Source: Octopus sinensis (lineage: Eukaryota). Taken from it: a DNA stretch of 64,000 bases. The stretch is from contig NC_043008.1 of assembly GCF_006345805.1 (NCBI RefSeq), forward strand, positions 33,356,001-33,420,000, given 5' to 3'. The notes below the pieces were generated by a model. It did no database searches and was not told the DNA's origin. It saw only the letters and a program-made list of their open reading frames with translations. This document shows, piece after piece, positions 24,600 to 37,847 of the stretch. Made by a program: the position numbers and the translations under genes. How positions within the stretch are numbered: the first letter of the stretch is position 1; each line of letters opens with the position of its first letter.

Positions 24600-27594
24600 A
24601 TCAGATATTCATAGATGCAGTGATGAGAGCAGCATCCACATCCTCCTAAGGATGTTTCTGTTGAATGACACTAACATGTGACTCTTCGGTTCAATTACTA
24701 AGCAGATGTCTTGTACACTGTCGGTTACAACTATGAGGGTTCCAGTTGATCTGATCAACAGAACAGTCTGCTCATGAAATTAACATGCAAGTGGCTTAGC
24801 ACTCCACAGACACGGGTGCTCTTAATGTAGTTCTTGGAGAGATTCAATGTGAGACAGAATGTGACAAGGCCGGCCCTTTGAACTACAGGTACAACTCATT
24901 TTTGCCAGATTTGTGAATTAGGTAAAAACAGCATACCATAATACTTTCAGTTAAAAAAACAACTATTACATTTTTCTTTCTTAAAAAACACTTATTGCTT
25001 AAGCTAGTTTATTATCATACAAGATTATTATAAATATGTATACTGTTGTCTTGATATCACACAAATATCAAAGTCATGCAAGTGGTGGTGTTCATTTCCA
25101 TTCTTTTAGGAAAAACATATCAAACCATTGGAAAATATTAGTTTCAAATTTTGGCACAAGGCCAGCAAATTTGTGTAAGAAGATAAGTTGATTATATCAA
25201 CACTGGAAGGATGAAAGCACAGTTGACCTCAGTGGAATTTGAACTCAGAAGATAAAGACAGATGAAATGCCACTAAGCATTTTGCTTGGCATGCTTAACA
25301 ATTCTGCCAGCTCACTGCCTTGCCATGGGGAAGTATTTCCTTACTTGAAACATATAAGCATGAAAAACTGGACATTAAATGATGATGATAATGATGTTGA
25401 TGATGATGATGCACTCACTGCTTTTATTAATTTACTTTTTGTTTTTGTTTTACTACATTCACTTACTTTTAGCTTCCCTATAACATCTACTGTGAAATCG
25501 CAAAACAATCATCAATGAAAAGGATGTAGGAAAAAAACATGTCTTATTACACAACATGTTCAAGTTGGAATGCCTTTGACTATAATTCTGCTCAACTAGA
25601 ATTGAGTTGGAGTTAAACCAGGCATGGATAATCTGGAGTACTGCATGCAGCCCCATATATATATTTTTTTCTGTTATGGCATACATAATGTCATAAGAAA
25701 GTTGCTTTGCAATCACATGGATTTAGGTTCAGAGTCATTGCACATCACATTGGTAAGTATCTTCTGCTACAGACCTGGGCCTATCAATGCCTTGTGAGTG
25801 AATTTGTATGATGGAAACCATGTAGAATCCCACCCTGTAGTATACATATATACATGTAAGTGTGTCTCTTTGTACCTGTATTTCCCCCTCCACCCATCAC
25901 TAGATATCCAGTGCTGGTTTGTTTACATCCCCCATAACTTAGCAGTTCAGCAAAAGTGACTGATAGAACATGTACCAGACTTATAAAATAAGTACTGAAG
26001 CCAATATGTTCAACTAAAACCTTTCAAGGTAATACCTCAGCATGGCTGCAGTCCAATGACTGAAACAAGCAAAAGGTAATTTCTTTATTTGTCTCATTTA
26101 CTCATGCTTTCTCTTCATCAATCTTTTATAAATGTCTTACTCTAATTCTTGCATGGTGTATACTCTGTACTATATATGCAGTGCTTGTTAAATTATCCTT
26201 TTAGTGGTGAGGCTCAAGTTATGATGAGCAATATCTAATAAGGCCCACAGTTAAAAAAGAGTTATCCTTGCTGACGATAAGCAATAATGTTTGAATCCAA
26301 TCTCCAAGATATATTCGTCATCACCTTCACCATTGTTTTAATATCCACTGGGACATGCTTGCATAGCTCGGATGGATGCCCTTCCTTGTAAGGTAATATT
26401 TCTTTATTGTCAGATATTTTTTGCAAAATATTGGAAATGAATTATGTTCATTTACAAAAATCATGTGATGACATGACAAGAAAGCATAAACATACATGCA
26501 CACACAAATACACACACGACAGCTGCTTTCAGTTTTCCATTTATCAAAATTCACCCATAAAGTTTTGGTTGGTCTGGGATTTGGGGTTATAATAGAAGAC
26601 AGCAGGACTGAACCCAAGACCATATAGTTGTAAAGCAAACTTCTTAACCACACTGCCATACTTGTGCCTGATATTGAAAATAAAAATAAGTTTTCATGTC
26701 TAAGCATAAGGCTAACAGTCTGAAAAAGTTTAGTTAAAAACAAGTTTAGTTAAAAACAACATATCTCATGCATTTGGAAAGTAAGTACCATATTGTTTAT
26801 CAATAATCTATTATAATTCTTATCATTCTTGTCAAGTTACATCTTACTTTATTACACTATATATAGTAACAGCTAGCCCCTGCTTTCTGAGCAAGAGACA
26901 GCTCAAAAAAACTAATATCTATACTCTTGCACACACACTGTTATACCTCATTTCCTTCGAATCTCCTTCTTGTTAATCCTGTTTATTGGTGATACATGCA
27001 GATATATCAGAACCTACCTGTTATGTGATCTTAACAACCTAGTCACTGTCTATTTCCCTCTTCTTCTGTATGTGTGTGTGTGTGTGTGTGTGGTGTGTGT
27101 GTGTGTGTGTGTGTGAGTGTGTGTGTGTGTGAGTGTGTGTGCATGCATGCAGTGATAACTGCATATTGTGATCATTTTAGAATAGAGCCTTTTAGATAAC
27201 AATAAGTAGTTGATGATATTAAATAGAGAATATAACAATATCCTGAATGTATTTAGGACCTACTAATTTTGATAATATTACCTGAGATTATTATAAGCAG
27301 CTACCAGTGTATATCTCTTAATTGCTGAAATTGCTATATGAGTGAATCAAAAGCCTAGAATTTCATACCACTTGTCTTTATCCACTTCTATAGCAATCTC
27401 AGTTACTAGTAAGTGTGTGTACACATATATATATAGACACACACACACCCTGCTTACACACAAACATATGCATGTATTTATATATATATATGGATGTAGG
27501 CACATCAATGTGGTAAGAAGTTTGCTTTTCAACAAGGTTCTGAGCTCAATCTCACTATTTGGTATGTTGGACAAATGCCTTTTACTATAGCCAA

Positions 27595-27638
<44 letters not shown>

Positions 27639-27699
27639 TACCACACAACACACACAATGGTGTGTGAGTTAGAAGAATGTTAGAATTCTTCTTTTGGTG

Positions 27700-28080
27700 A
27701 AGTTGTTCATATCTGGATTTAGCTAAAGAACTTTATTGAAGAATTTTTTGTATTAAATCCTAACAAGACAGATGTCTCCAAACATCTTTCAGGTGAGATG
27801 GCAAGAAAGACTCACAAACAAAGCTTTTTTGTGGAAACAGGCAAACCAGTAACCTATCAAAACCTAGATTGAGAGAGGAAATGGTAAGCCGTCTGATGGA
27901 CAATCTAAAAAAGAGAAGCAAGAGTAGCAGACCAAAAACAACATGAAGATCCCTGAACTGAAGCTCTGGTAAGCAATGACACCTTGCCACAACTGCAAAC
28001 CACAACCAAATACTGAGACTAATGGAGATATCTCACTGGCCTCTATACTCTGCATGGAGGAAGAGGATGAAGACGAATGA
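27700..28080 (+). mobile_element. Decayed RTE-like LINE 3' fragment
   Basis: Remnants RWQERLTNK and KRSKSSRPKTT* resemble the RTE C-terminal W..RITN and R.RGRPK..W motifs. Confidence 0.5.
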
Positions 28081-28339
28081 TTAGATGGAGGTAGGTGAAA
28101 ATGTACTACAAGATGGACACAAAATGAAATTCTCAATGAAATTATATTTGCCTCTTATTTAGAGAAAGAAAGCAAAAAAGTCTAGCAGAAGAGTGCAATA
28201 ACTTTAAATGAAAACTAGAAATAAAGGTTTCAAATTTCAGATTTGGTATGATAATGGTTTCAAATTTGAAAATAAATCATTTTACAGTAAAAAATGTAAC
28301 AAACACATGTAAAGTTGGTCTTACTAGCATATATTACAT

Positions 28340-28960
28340 TTTCAACACGCATGCACGCACACAAGACAAAACAAACGCAGTGAAGTACCAAAGTAATCCA
28401 GTTATCAACAAATAAAATATGAACGAAATGGTTGACGACTACGGTAGAAATAATCGAAGGAATTTCTTAAAATAAGGTATGTCCGTGTGTCGATAATAGA
28501 TACTGAGTTGTAACGTTTGAGGGCAAAAGATGGTAAAGGTGAATTTCTTTGAAGAGAAATATCCAAGGAAAAACCGATTTCTATTTACCAAAATGAAAGG
28601 TGTGTATGTGTGGAGGGAGAGAGAAAGAGAGGGAAAGAAGAATAAGAGAAGAAGAGAATAGAATAGATACATCGAAAGTGAAGTGCTTTTCTTTTCTTTT
28701 TTTCTCCACTGAATGCACCCGTTCTGTAAGATGTTCATCATTAAATACTTTCGTTCAGTTCTTCGAAATCATTCCTACGAATGTCAAGTTGATAATCAAT
28801 AATATCAATCACTGTTACAGGAACGAAATGGTATTTCTAGAACCATGCATTGCGTATGTGGTGAAGTGAAGGGGATGCAAAAATAATACAATTTATGTTG
28901 CTATGGATACTTAAAATAACCGTTCCCTCTAAGCTGTGTGCGTGCGCGTACGACCTTTTT
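28340..28960. promoter_or_regulatory. CpG-retaining unique segment, candidate promoter/regulatory region
   Basis: Visible local excess of CpG compared with the CpG-depleted flanks; starts a broader CpG-retaining zone extending to ~32900. Confidence 0.35.
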
Positions 28961-29165
28961 GTAATCAGCATACAAAAAAAAAAAAAATTAATGGTCATTC
29001 TTATATTATACATTCAGTGCGTATAGTTTTATCATGGGATAACTTTTACAAAGCGTAAGATTTCTGTGAACATTGGGGTACTAAAAATTGAAGGAGCATA
29101 ACAATCCCCTGTGACAGATTAATCGGAATTACTTGTATAAGAGCTATACAATAATAGTAGCACGT

Positions 29166-29320
29166 TCAAATTCAGCCGAGGTCGACTTTGCCTTTCATCC
29201 TTTCGGGGTCGATAAATTAAGTACCAGTTACGCACTGGGATCGATGTAATCGACTTAATTCGCTTGTCTGTCCTTGTTTGACCCCTCTGTGTTTGGCCCC
29301 ATGTGGGTAGTAAAGAAATA
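29166..29320 (+). mobile_element. 5'-truncated SINE family A
   Basis: TSD AATAATAGTAGCACGT (29150-29165 / 29321-29336). Confidence 0.88.
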
Positions 29321-31034
29321 AATAATAGTAGCACGTATTTTATCGAGGGAAAGTTACTCTATATTGATGATAAACTAGGTGAAAGCAGCGGTAAATATGT
29401 TGGATAGATCCTTAATTTTCAAACGAAAATATTAAAATAGGCAAGTATTGAATATCAAAGTATTATTTTTGGGGGCTGTAAATTTCACGAAATAAAAAAA
29501 AACTTTCATTTTTTTTTACGTGTCGATACTTAAGGTCTGTCAACAAGTAAATTTAAACTTATTGACTGAACTGTCGAAGTTCAAAGGTTATACTGGCTTT
29601 TACCTTGACCCTACGAACCAACTGAGCACCTGTATATGGTCACTTGATCAGCCAGTAAAAGTAGCCAAATTTCTCTAAAAGCTCATACTAAACATCATAA
29701 AAAGGGGGAAAAAAAAAAAACTTAAACAATATAAAATAAAAGACAAAACAAAAACAAACCCCTGATCTATTCTTACAAAGAGTACGCGTGAATAAAATAC
29801 GGATGGTAACTAGTAGGAATACAGCCTCCACCCTTTTTTCAGTATCGAACCATCAAGCTAGGTAGGAAGAGGGCATTTGCTTAGTTCCCCTCTACAAATT
29901 CCACTCGTACTTGCCCAAAATACCTCACAGTAGGTTCGAACCGGTAACCACGTGATTCTGGAGAGGGCTTCTTAATTACTGTAACTTCTGACTGCAGATA
30001 CGACAAAGGCTAACTTAAAGCTAAACAACAACCTCCGACATAACATACACCCCAGTCAACGGAACTGAGATGGAAACGGCTCCCACTTCATAAGTGATCG
30101 TTAATGTTAAAGCAGTAGAGTTAGCGGGGCAAATATAAAATACGTCTGGTAAAGATATACTACTTTGTTCTTCCAGCAGAATTTAGTATGGACCACCACT
30201 GGATGTATTATTTTCTAAAGATCAAGTTAAGTCCAATATTGAAGAAGGTAACTTGAAATGAAAAACATTGACTAAGGTATAAAATAAATCAGACAATTCT
30301 CTATTATTATTCCGAGGACAACTCAAAACAGATACCAGTCCAAGTACTGGGTCGATATATTTGACAGTACTTTCCTTAAAAGTTTTGGGTTTTGTACCTA
30401 GAACTATTAAAAGAAATCATTCTACAACGCAAAAACCAACATCAAAAACTCCACGTTCACCTTCTCCTAGAAAGCCACGGGGTTTACAGTGGTGAGAAGA
30501 TCCATTAAAGATCTAATCAGACATTGCCTCTTTCTCCAGACTCAGCAAAAGAATAGTAATGTTATTAATTATAAAATAACACTGATAGCGAAACTCTTAT
30601 CGGCAGTTTACTAACAGCTATATGAACAATGAAGAGGGTGTGGGCTGCTACCAATACAATTGGATCGATACCCGAACCGCTGACGTGCACATTTAGAAAT
30701 AAACACCTTCATTAGCGGGGAAGATGATCAGAGATATGGATTGGGGGAGATCCTGGTAGTTTCTTACTCATGTAGGGCCGGATTCTCCTATTTGTTTTCT
30801 TGTTTCTTTAAATTATATCTTTTTTAACAATCATATTTGTATAATTTTATAATTACTTGTAGAAATTATTTTATGTAACTTTAAAATCTTTAACACGTCT
30901 TCATATACTGTATGAAGTACCAGGCCCCTTCTTTCCTCATTTATATATAACTTTGTTGTACTTTATATATTTGTACTCCCGTTGTAACAAATCTATTGTA
31001 TGTATGAATGGGCCCTTATTACAAATAGAAGAAA

Positions 31035-32240
31035 TCATGGTAGAATCGTTAGGGAGTTGGACAAAATGCCCAGCAGCATTTCTTCTGTTTTTTTTTGCGT
31101 TCTGAGTTCAAATCCCACCGAGGGGTCAAAATTACTATTTATCCACCCGGGGATAACATAACGTACCAGTTTAATACTGGGTTGACGGTATCGACTAATC
31201 CCCTCCCTTCAAAATTGACGGTCTTGTACAAAATCAGAAACAAGCATTGCAGTATTTCACCGCGCTACGTCAAATTTCGCAGGGGTCGACTTTGCCTTTC
31301 ATCCTTTCGGGGTCGATAAATAAGTACCAGTTACGCACTGGAGTCGATGTAATCGACTTAATCCTCTCCCCCAAGCTGCCCTTGTGGCAAAAAATTGAAA
31401 TTATTATTCAAATTCCGCCGTGGTCAGTTTTGCCTTTCATCCTTTCGAGGTCGATAAATAAAGTACCTATCAAGTACTGGGGTCGATGTAATCAACTGTT
31501 CCCCTCCCCACAAATTTCAGGCCTTGTGCCTATAGTAGAAAGGATTATTATTATTATTATTATTAAGGCGGCGAGCTGGCAGAATCGTTACCGCGCCGCG
31601 CCGGAGAAAATGCTTAGCGGCATTTCTTTCGACTACGTTCTGAGTTCAAATTCCGGCGAGGTGCACTTTGCCTTTCATCCTTTCAGGGTCGATAAATTAA
31701 GGACCAGTTGAGTGCTGGGGTCGATGTAATCGTCTATTCCTCTCCCCCAAATTTCAGGCTTTGTACCTATAATACAAAGGATTATTATTAAGGCAGCGAG
31801 CTGGCAGAATTGTTAGCACGCCAAGCGAAAAAAAAAAAAATAATAATAACGGTATTTCGTCCGTCTTTACGCTCTGAGTTCAAATTCCGCCCAGGTCGAC
31901 TTTGCCATCATTTTTTTCGTGGTCGATGAAATAAATACCAGTTGCGCACTGGAGTCGATGTAATCGACTAGTCTCCTCCCCCGAAATGTCAGGCGCTGTG
32001 CCTATAATAGAAAGGATTATAGTAAGAGCAGTGGGTTGGTAGAATCTGGAGTGTGCCGGAGAAAATGTTTTCATGGCATTTAGTTACGTCTTTTAAAATT
32101 CCGAGATGAAATTCACTGGGGGGGGGGGGGGGGCAGAAATCGATTACTATAACTGAGTACCAATTAAATATTGGATCGATAAATTGACTTCAGTTACCCC
32201 TTCACCAAACATTGTGCTTATGTTAGAAACCATTGTTATA
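31035..32240 (+). mobile_element. Head-to-tail cluster of about six SINE family A variants/fragments
   Basis: Repeated GACTTTGCCTTTCATCCTTTCGGGGTCGATAAA...GGGGTCGATGTAATCGAC units joined by (ATT)n tails. Older dispersed copies occur at ~1160, 6045, 12370, 21185, 21990, 25145, 37340 and 49700. Confidence 0.85.
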
Positions 32241-32329
32241 ATTTCTAATTTTACAGCTAGAAAAAACAACAAAAAAACCCTCAAAACATTAAGAGACAAA
32301 CAAACAGATAGGAAACACTGGGCACTCAC

Positions 32330-32420
32330 CTTTCACATCAAACCTATAAAACATTACTAACTGTAACTGCCAAAACACAAGTTACGCAAGACAAATTTAG
32401 GAAAAGTGACATCACCAATA
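32330..32420 (-). other. Putative first (non-coding) exon / TSS region
   Basis: Consensus donor AAG|GTGAGT (GT at 32329-32328) inside a CpG-retaining region; CCAAT motif near 32415. The 5' boundary is approximate. Confidence 0.4.
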
Positions 32421-33844
32421 CATTGTGATTGACAAATGATAGTCACGCCTTCCAAGGGAGACAACACAATTGGGCAAAATGGAGAAGTGGCGATCGTACG
32501 ATTGTTTATCAAAGGAACAAGGCAATGCCACCTGTCCGTCTATCTGTCCCTGTCTCTAGGAGTGGGTATAACTGATTTAATAGATTGCCTACCCACACCT
32601 CTTTTGTACAGACCGGTATTTTACTTTATCGAACCCTAATGAACAAAACGGCAAAATCGACCTCAGCGAGAATTGAACACGCAATACGATGGAACGTAAA
32701 CAAAACATTTCGTCCGTAGGTTTACTTGTTCCACCAAATAGTAATTCACGCAAGTATTCGTGTGCTTTTGTTTTTATTTAATAGCGGATGCTTGTCTTCG
32801 ATAAGCAATTGTTTCTACTTACGAAGAGAATTAAGTATTTAATATCATGTCTCATCGAGCCGGCATGATTTAATGGAGATTTAGTAGCTATTTCTAGCAG
32901 ATTGAGTGACTTCATGAATGACGTGTAAAGAATTCTTGTTGGCGATAATATTGTTGTTGTTTAGCTCTCCAGGAAAACCCTGACCAAATGCATCCAGCTG
33001 TGAGATTTCCAAATTAAGGGTATATAGAACTACATAATCCAAAGTATCTTCTTTATGTAAGATGTTAGGATGCGGTGTGATGGAGATTAGGCTGAAAGTT
33101 CTGATCAAAGTGAAGAAACCTCTCTGTCTTGCTGATATAGGGTAACTGGGTATTGCATAGAAACAAACAGGATGACTGACTCCTTTAAGTCTATACTAGA
33201 TCAATGGTGAATGGTGCCATAATGAAAAGGCAACAGAACCGTTAGTCAGTTTTAGATAATTCTTGTTGAACTCATAAAATTCTGCAGGGGATAAACTTAA
33301 ATTCTCTCTCAGCTACCTATACACCCACACATCCACCCGCCCGCCTGCCTGCTTACCTGCCTTCCTGCCTACCTACCTACCTACCTACCATGTGTGTATC
33401 TATTATATATTTTTATAAATAACAATTCTTTATGCCAACCAATCAAGGGCTGAATTAACTATTTTAATTATTTCCTTAAATAGCTGTTTTGGTTAGTGCT
33501 AATAGAAAATAAATTAGTTAATTAGGAATAGAATTTAAAAAAAAAAAACCCAGAAATAACATGATTTCAAAAATAAGTTCAAGGTTACATTTATTTTTAT
33601 GTGTTAGAGGAGAAGTGTCCTTATTTTGAAAGGCTTAGGACCTTTGAGATAGGCAGAAGGAAAACAGTTATCAAGCCTGAGTCCTTGCAACTGATTAGAC
33701 TCTACTAGATATCTGTGGTGTTAATAAGGGTACTAGTCTACCATCTCTGGGAACACTGATAGGATTAAACAAATGCAGAGTTAGCTTCAATCAAATGATA
33801 GGAAGAAAAGAGAAGAGAAACACAGAAAATGAATTACAGCAAAA

Positions 33845-34590
33845 TATCTATTAATTTTCAATATATTCTCATAGATTCAAATGTGAATCACAGATTTTTT
33901 TTTTTGTCATCAGAGATCAACTCTCTTTAGATGATGTGTGTTCATAACACATGATTCATTGATGTGAGGGGACTTAGAGACATTGATGTTTTAATTTTGT
34001 CTCCTCAGTCAAAGCTACCCTACTAGATCATTCTTGTTTCTAGAAATCAGGAAACAAATTATTTGTTGTTATGTGCTGATGTCTGCCAAACAGATAATAA
34101 TTTGTGAGGTGCACCCAGAACATCAAGAACCCAAACAATAACCTATTCATATTTAATACACCCTGGCAGATTCAGCCAGGAATATCTCATTGCTGTTATT
34201 TTTTTTTTCATCATTGGAGACCATCTCCTCCTGTTAGATGTGTATATATAACACATGCAATTCATTGATGTAAGGGCACTTTGTGACTGACACCAGGGCA
34301 TTTCAACTGGATGCTCACTGTTTTGCATGCACTTCATGAATTAATATTGGTTTACCATGCATCAGCAAATAATTTTGTGTGCTGATTTCTATAAATAAGG
34401 GGTATCTTTGACTGAGGAGACACACAGTAAGGCTAAAACATGACACTGTTCCAAAGTGCCCTTACATCAATGAATTACATGCATTATGAGCACATGTTTA
34501 AAAAGAGGAAATGTTCTCTGGTGAGGAAAAACAACAGTGATCAGATAATGGTTGACTCTACAAGAACATATTGAGAATGAATAGATATAT
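33845..34590. mobile_element. Old fold-back/MITE-like element with long imperfect inverted arms and an internal direct copy
   Basis: For example TGTCTCCTCAGTCAAAGCTACCC (~33998-34020) versus GGGTATCTTTGACTGAGGAGACA (~34400-34422). The motif ATTCATTGATGT(A/G)AGGG recurs at ~33953 and ~34260, and inverted at ~34458. Confidence 0.65.
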
Positions 34591-35930
34591 CATAGTTTGA
34601 ATTTTAGGGGTTCTAAGGAACCTCACGAATTATTTTAACGTGCACACATAGACACACTATCAATACTTATAAATCTCTGCAATTCAGAATGATTTCCTGA
34701 GAGAGTGAAGAAAAAACACGGCAGATAATTCAAAACAAAATGTCAAGATTATTTTGTTACAAACCCCAAGAGAAAAAAATTGACAATTACATTTTCAGAC
34801 CTAAATGCATTAAATGCTCACTGCAGGAAATAAGAATTGATGTTGTATACATGTTTAAGCAAAGAACATGGAAACTAAGAATTAAAGTTACGTATAATAT
34901 ATAAAGGAAGAAGTAAAACTTAAAGCTACATATAAGAGTTTAAATATACAAGAAAGAAACTAAGAAGTTAGGATCATCATCATCATCATCGTTTAACATC
35001 CACCTTCCATGCAAGCAAGGGTAGGACTAAATATATATCATATTAAAAGCTAAGTATAAAAGCTAAGTATTAAGGCTGTATAGAGTCGCTTTGTAACTCG
35101 GCTGCTTAAATAAAGAAAATATATTTTAAATAGTTATCTCCAAGATATGTCCCCCAAAAATCTTCTTAGAATATTGACTATATATTTTTAAAACAATAGG
35201 CCAAACGAGAGACAAAGGCTCCTACAAATATGTGGTGGTGGTCATTGTGATTGTCATAGTGGGGTTATTCAACCTGTTAGACATAACAGCCAAGTCACTC
35301 TCAAATTACTCTCTAGTGCCTTGAGAAAGGAGGGACACATTTGATAATGGAGTCCTAGATATGTGATGCTTGAAAAAAATAACTGGATGGTCAAAGCTGG
35401 AATACCTAAGATTTGATGGCTGATTTGGAATTAAAAAGATAACAAGTTGAGGGAGCAAGTCATATTTATATCAAAAACAGAATGTAACAGTTTGTCAGAG
35501 TTCCACAAAGAAATTCATAACTTTAAATAAACTAAAAAGACATGTAAATAATGTTTAACATGTACTGAATTGTTTAAATTTTATTATTCAGTTCAAACTT
35601 TAAAAGAAACAAGTTCCAAGGTATTCAAGCTACAAATTTTAACAGGTATCAACTCTGAGTAAAACTGGTACTAGAAGACAAATTTTAGAGGAGGTCTATA
35701 GTTAATTATATTGATCCTTCTGGGAGGCCTGCAAAGCTTTGAAGGCAAAGCCATCAATGACATTCCAGGTGTCGAAGGTTCAAATCTCAAATTAATCCAA
35801 ATTGCTGATTCTGTCATTCACAGCCAAATAAGAATGAAATTATTCTTATTTAAACAGCATACTGTACAAATAGTTACAATCTTACAATTTGACTAAAAAC
35901 TTATTCTCACTGTTAACTGATCAATTCTTT

Positions 35931-36345
35931 CTAATTTTCCTTCTCAAGAAACGAATTGCATCGGGAGATAACTCGTGTTTTACAATAGGACCAATAAGCC
36001 AAGTAGGAGTTGCCTCCCTTATACAACGCCCTGCCAACTGTTTCAAAACTTTCTCCCAAAATCTCACTGAGATTTTCTGCGACAGTTTTAAAAGATCCCT
36101 TCTGTCTTCTGCTGCGACTTGCAAAGTCCATGTCTCCTATCTTTATTCTACAAAACTAATCGGCTTCGATAAGTTTGTGTGCCCTGAACAGAGGTGACAA
36201 CTGATATTTACATAGGACCTGTTTTTCGAATGATTGAGAAGCATTTGGAGAAGTTATGAAAGTGGTCACTGTATTTCGCTGAACATGCATACAAACTTGT
36301 AGGAATTTTATCCTCCGATTAATTTTCTGTCTGATTTCTTGTGTG
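35931..36345 (-). pseudogene. Interrupted reading frame or 66-aa small ORF of unknown identity
   Basis: One frame is open for ~138 codons except for a single TAG at 36158-36156. ATG at 36131 has a good context (GACATGG); AATAAA on the minus strand at 35585-35580. Confidence 0.25.
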
Positions 36346-36748
36346 ACATGGTTCCGGGTTCAGTCCCACTGTGTGGCAACTTGTGAACGGATTTGGTAGG
36401 CGGAAACTGAATGAAGCCCGTCGTATATGTGTATATCTATGTGTGTGTGTCTTTATCTGTGTTTGCCCCCCCCCCTCCATCACCGCTTGACAACCGATAT
36501 TTGTGTGCTACGTCTCCGTAACTTAGCGATTCGGCAAAAGCGACCGATAAAATAAGTACTAGGCTTACACAGAATAAGTCCTGTGGTCGATTTCTTCGAC
36601 TAAAAAAAAAAAAACCTTTAAAGCGATAGTCGCAGTCAAATGAGGGAAACAAGTAAAAGAATATATAGATTATAAGTTATTTTATAGATTCTGTGTACAG
36701 ACTTCGCACGGATTACTAAAAAGTCAAACGCAAACACTACCGACTTAC

Positions 36749-36780
36749 GTGGAACACAGCGAACACTCCTCACTCACAAA
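36749..36780 (-). other. Putative short first exon (alternative promoter)
   Basis: Donor CAC|GTAAGT (GT at 36748-36747) in a locally CpG-rich unique segment. The 5' boundary is approximate. Confidence 0.3.
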
Positions 36781-37620
36781 AAAGGAAGAAATGAAAACAT
36801 TTAAACATAATGATATCCATTCCATCAACCACAAACATATACAAGCCAATGAGGATTCTTCACATAGTTGTTTAACCTGCAAGAAATAATAGGTAAATCT
36901 CTCTAATCAAACCCAAGTGTAGTCGTAAATATACTATGAAAACACAAACCAGTGTCTTTAATCATAAGGGAGCCAATAAGATACACACATAAATATCTAA
37001 AAAGTTTTAAAACGAGTTACTTCCCTTAGACCTAATCCTTTCTCTGTCACGGAACTTTTCCTAATCGTTCAGACTACAAGCAGCTAATTTAAAAGAAATT
37101 CTTAATTGTTCAGATAATGGAATGATAAGTTATCCCACCGTATACATAGCTCATTTAAAAGCGCAAATTTAAAAGTCAACGGCGAAAAACTCCTTTTAAT
37201 ACCAGAAGTGAATTAACTGTGCATAAAAATTCTTACAGGTGCATCAATGCAGAGAAACATACTGCAAACGAATTTCCCATATCAACAAATATGCACCTTA
37301 TATTAAATTACAGATTTTTAAAAATTTTAATTTTCATGAAGGTTTTTACGTCTGTGTCCAAATGTCACGTAGGTTGACTTTGCCTTTCATCTTTCCAGCA
37401 TCAATAAAATAGGTACCAGTTAAGCACTGGAGTCATCAACTTATACTTCCACTTAAAAATTGCTGGCCTTGTGTCAAAATTAGAGAAAAAAATTTAGGCG
37501 TGGCCATGTGGCTGCTCAACCACATGATTCTATGTTCAATCCCACTGTGTGGCACTTTGTGCACTATGGCCTCGGTCTGACCAAAACCTTGTGAGTGGAT
37601 TTGGTTGAAAGAAACTGAAG

Positions 37621-37847
37621 GTGGCGAGCTGGCAGAAACGTTAGCACGCCGGGTGAAATGCTTAGCAGTATTTCGTCTGCCATTATGTTCTGAGTTCAAA
37701 TTCCACCGAGGTCGACTTTGCCTTTCATCCTTTCAGGGTCAATAAATCAAGTACCAGTTACACACTGGGATCGATGTAATCGACTTAATCCCTTTATCTG
37801 TCCTTGTTTGTCCCCTCTATGTTTAGCCCCTTGTGGAATAAAGAAAT
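37621..37847 (+). mobile_element. SINE family A nested in a family B SINE
   Basis: TSD AAGAAACTGAAGG (37609-37621 / 37848-37860); the host element resumes afterwards. Confidence 0.88.

Noticed and set aside
31247-31711. 154-aa ORF
   Set aside because: Entirely within tandem SINE copies.
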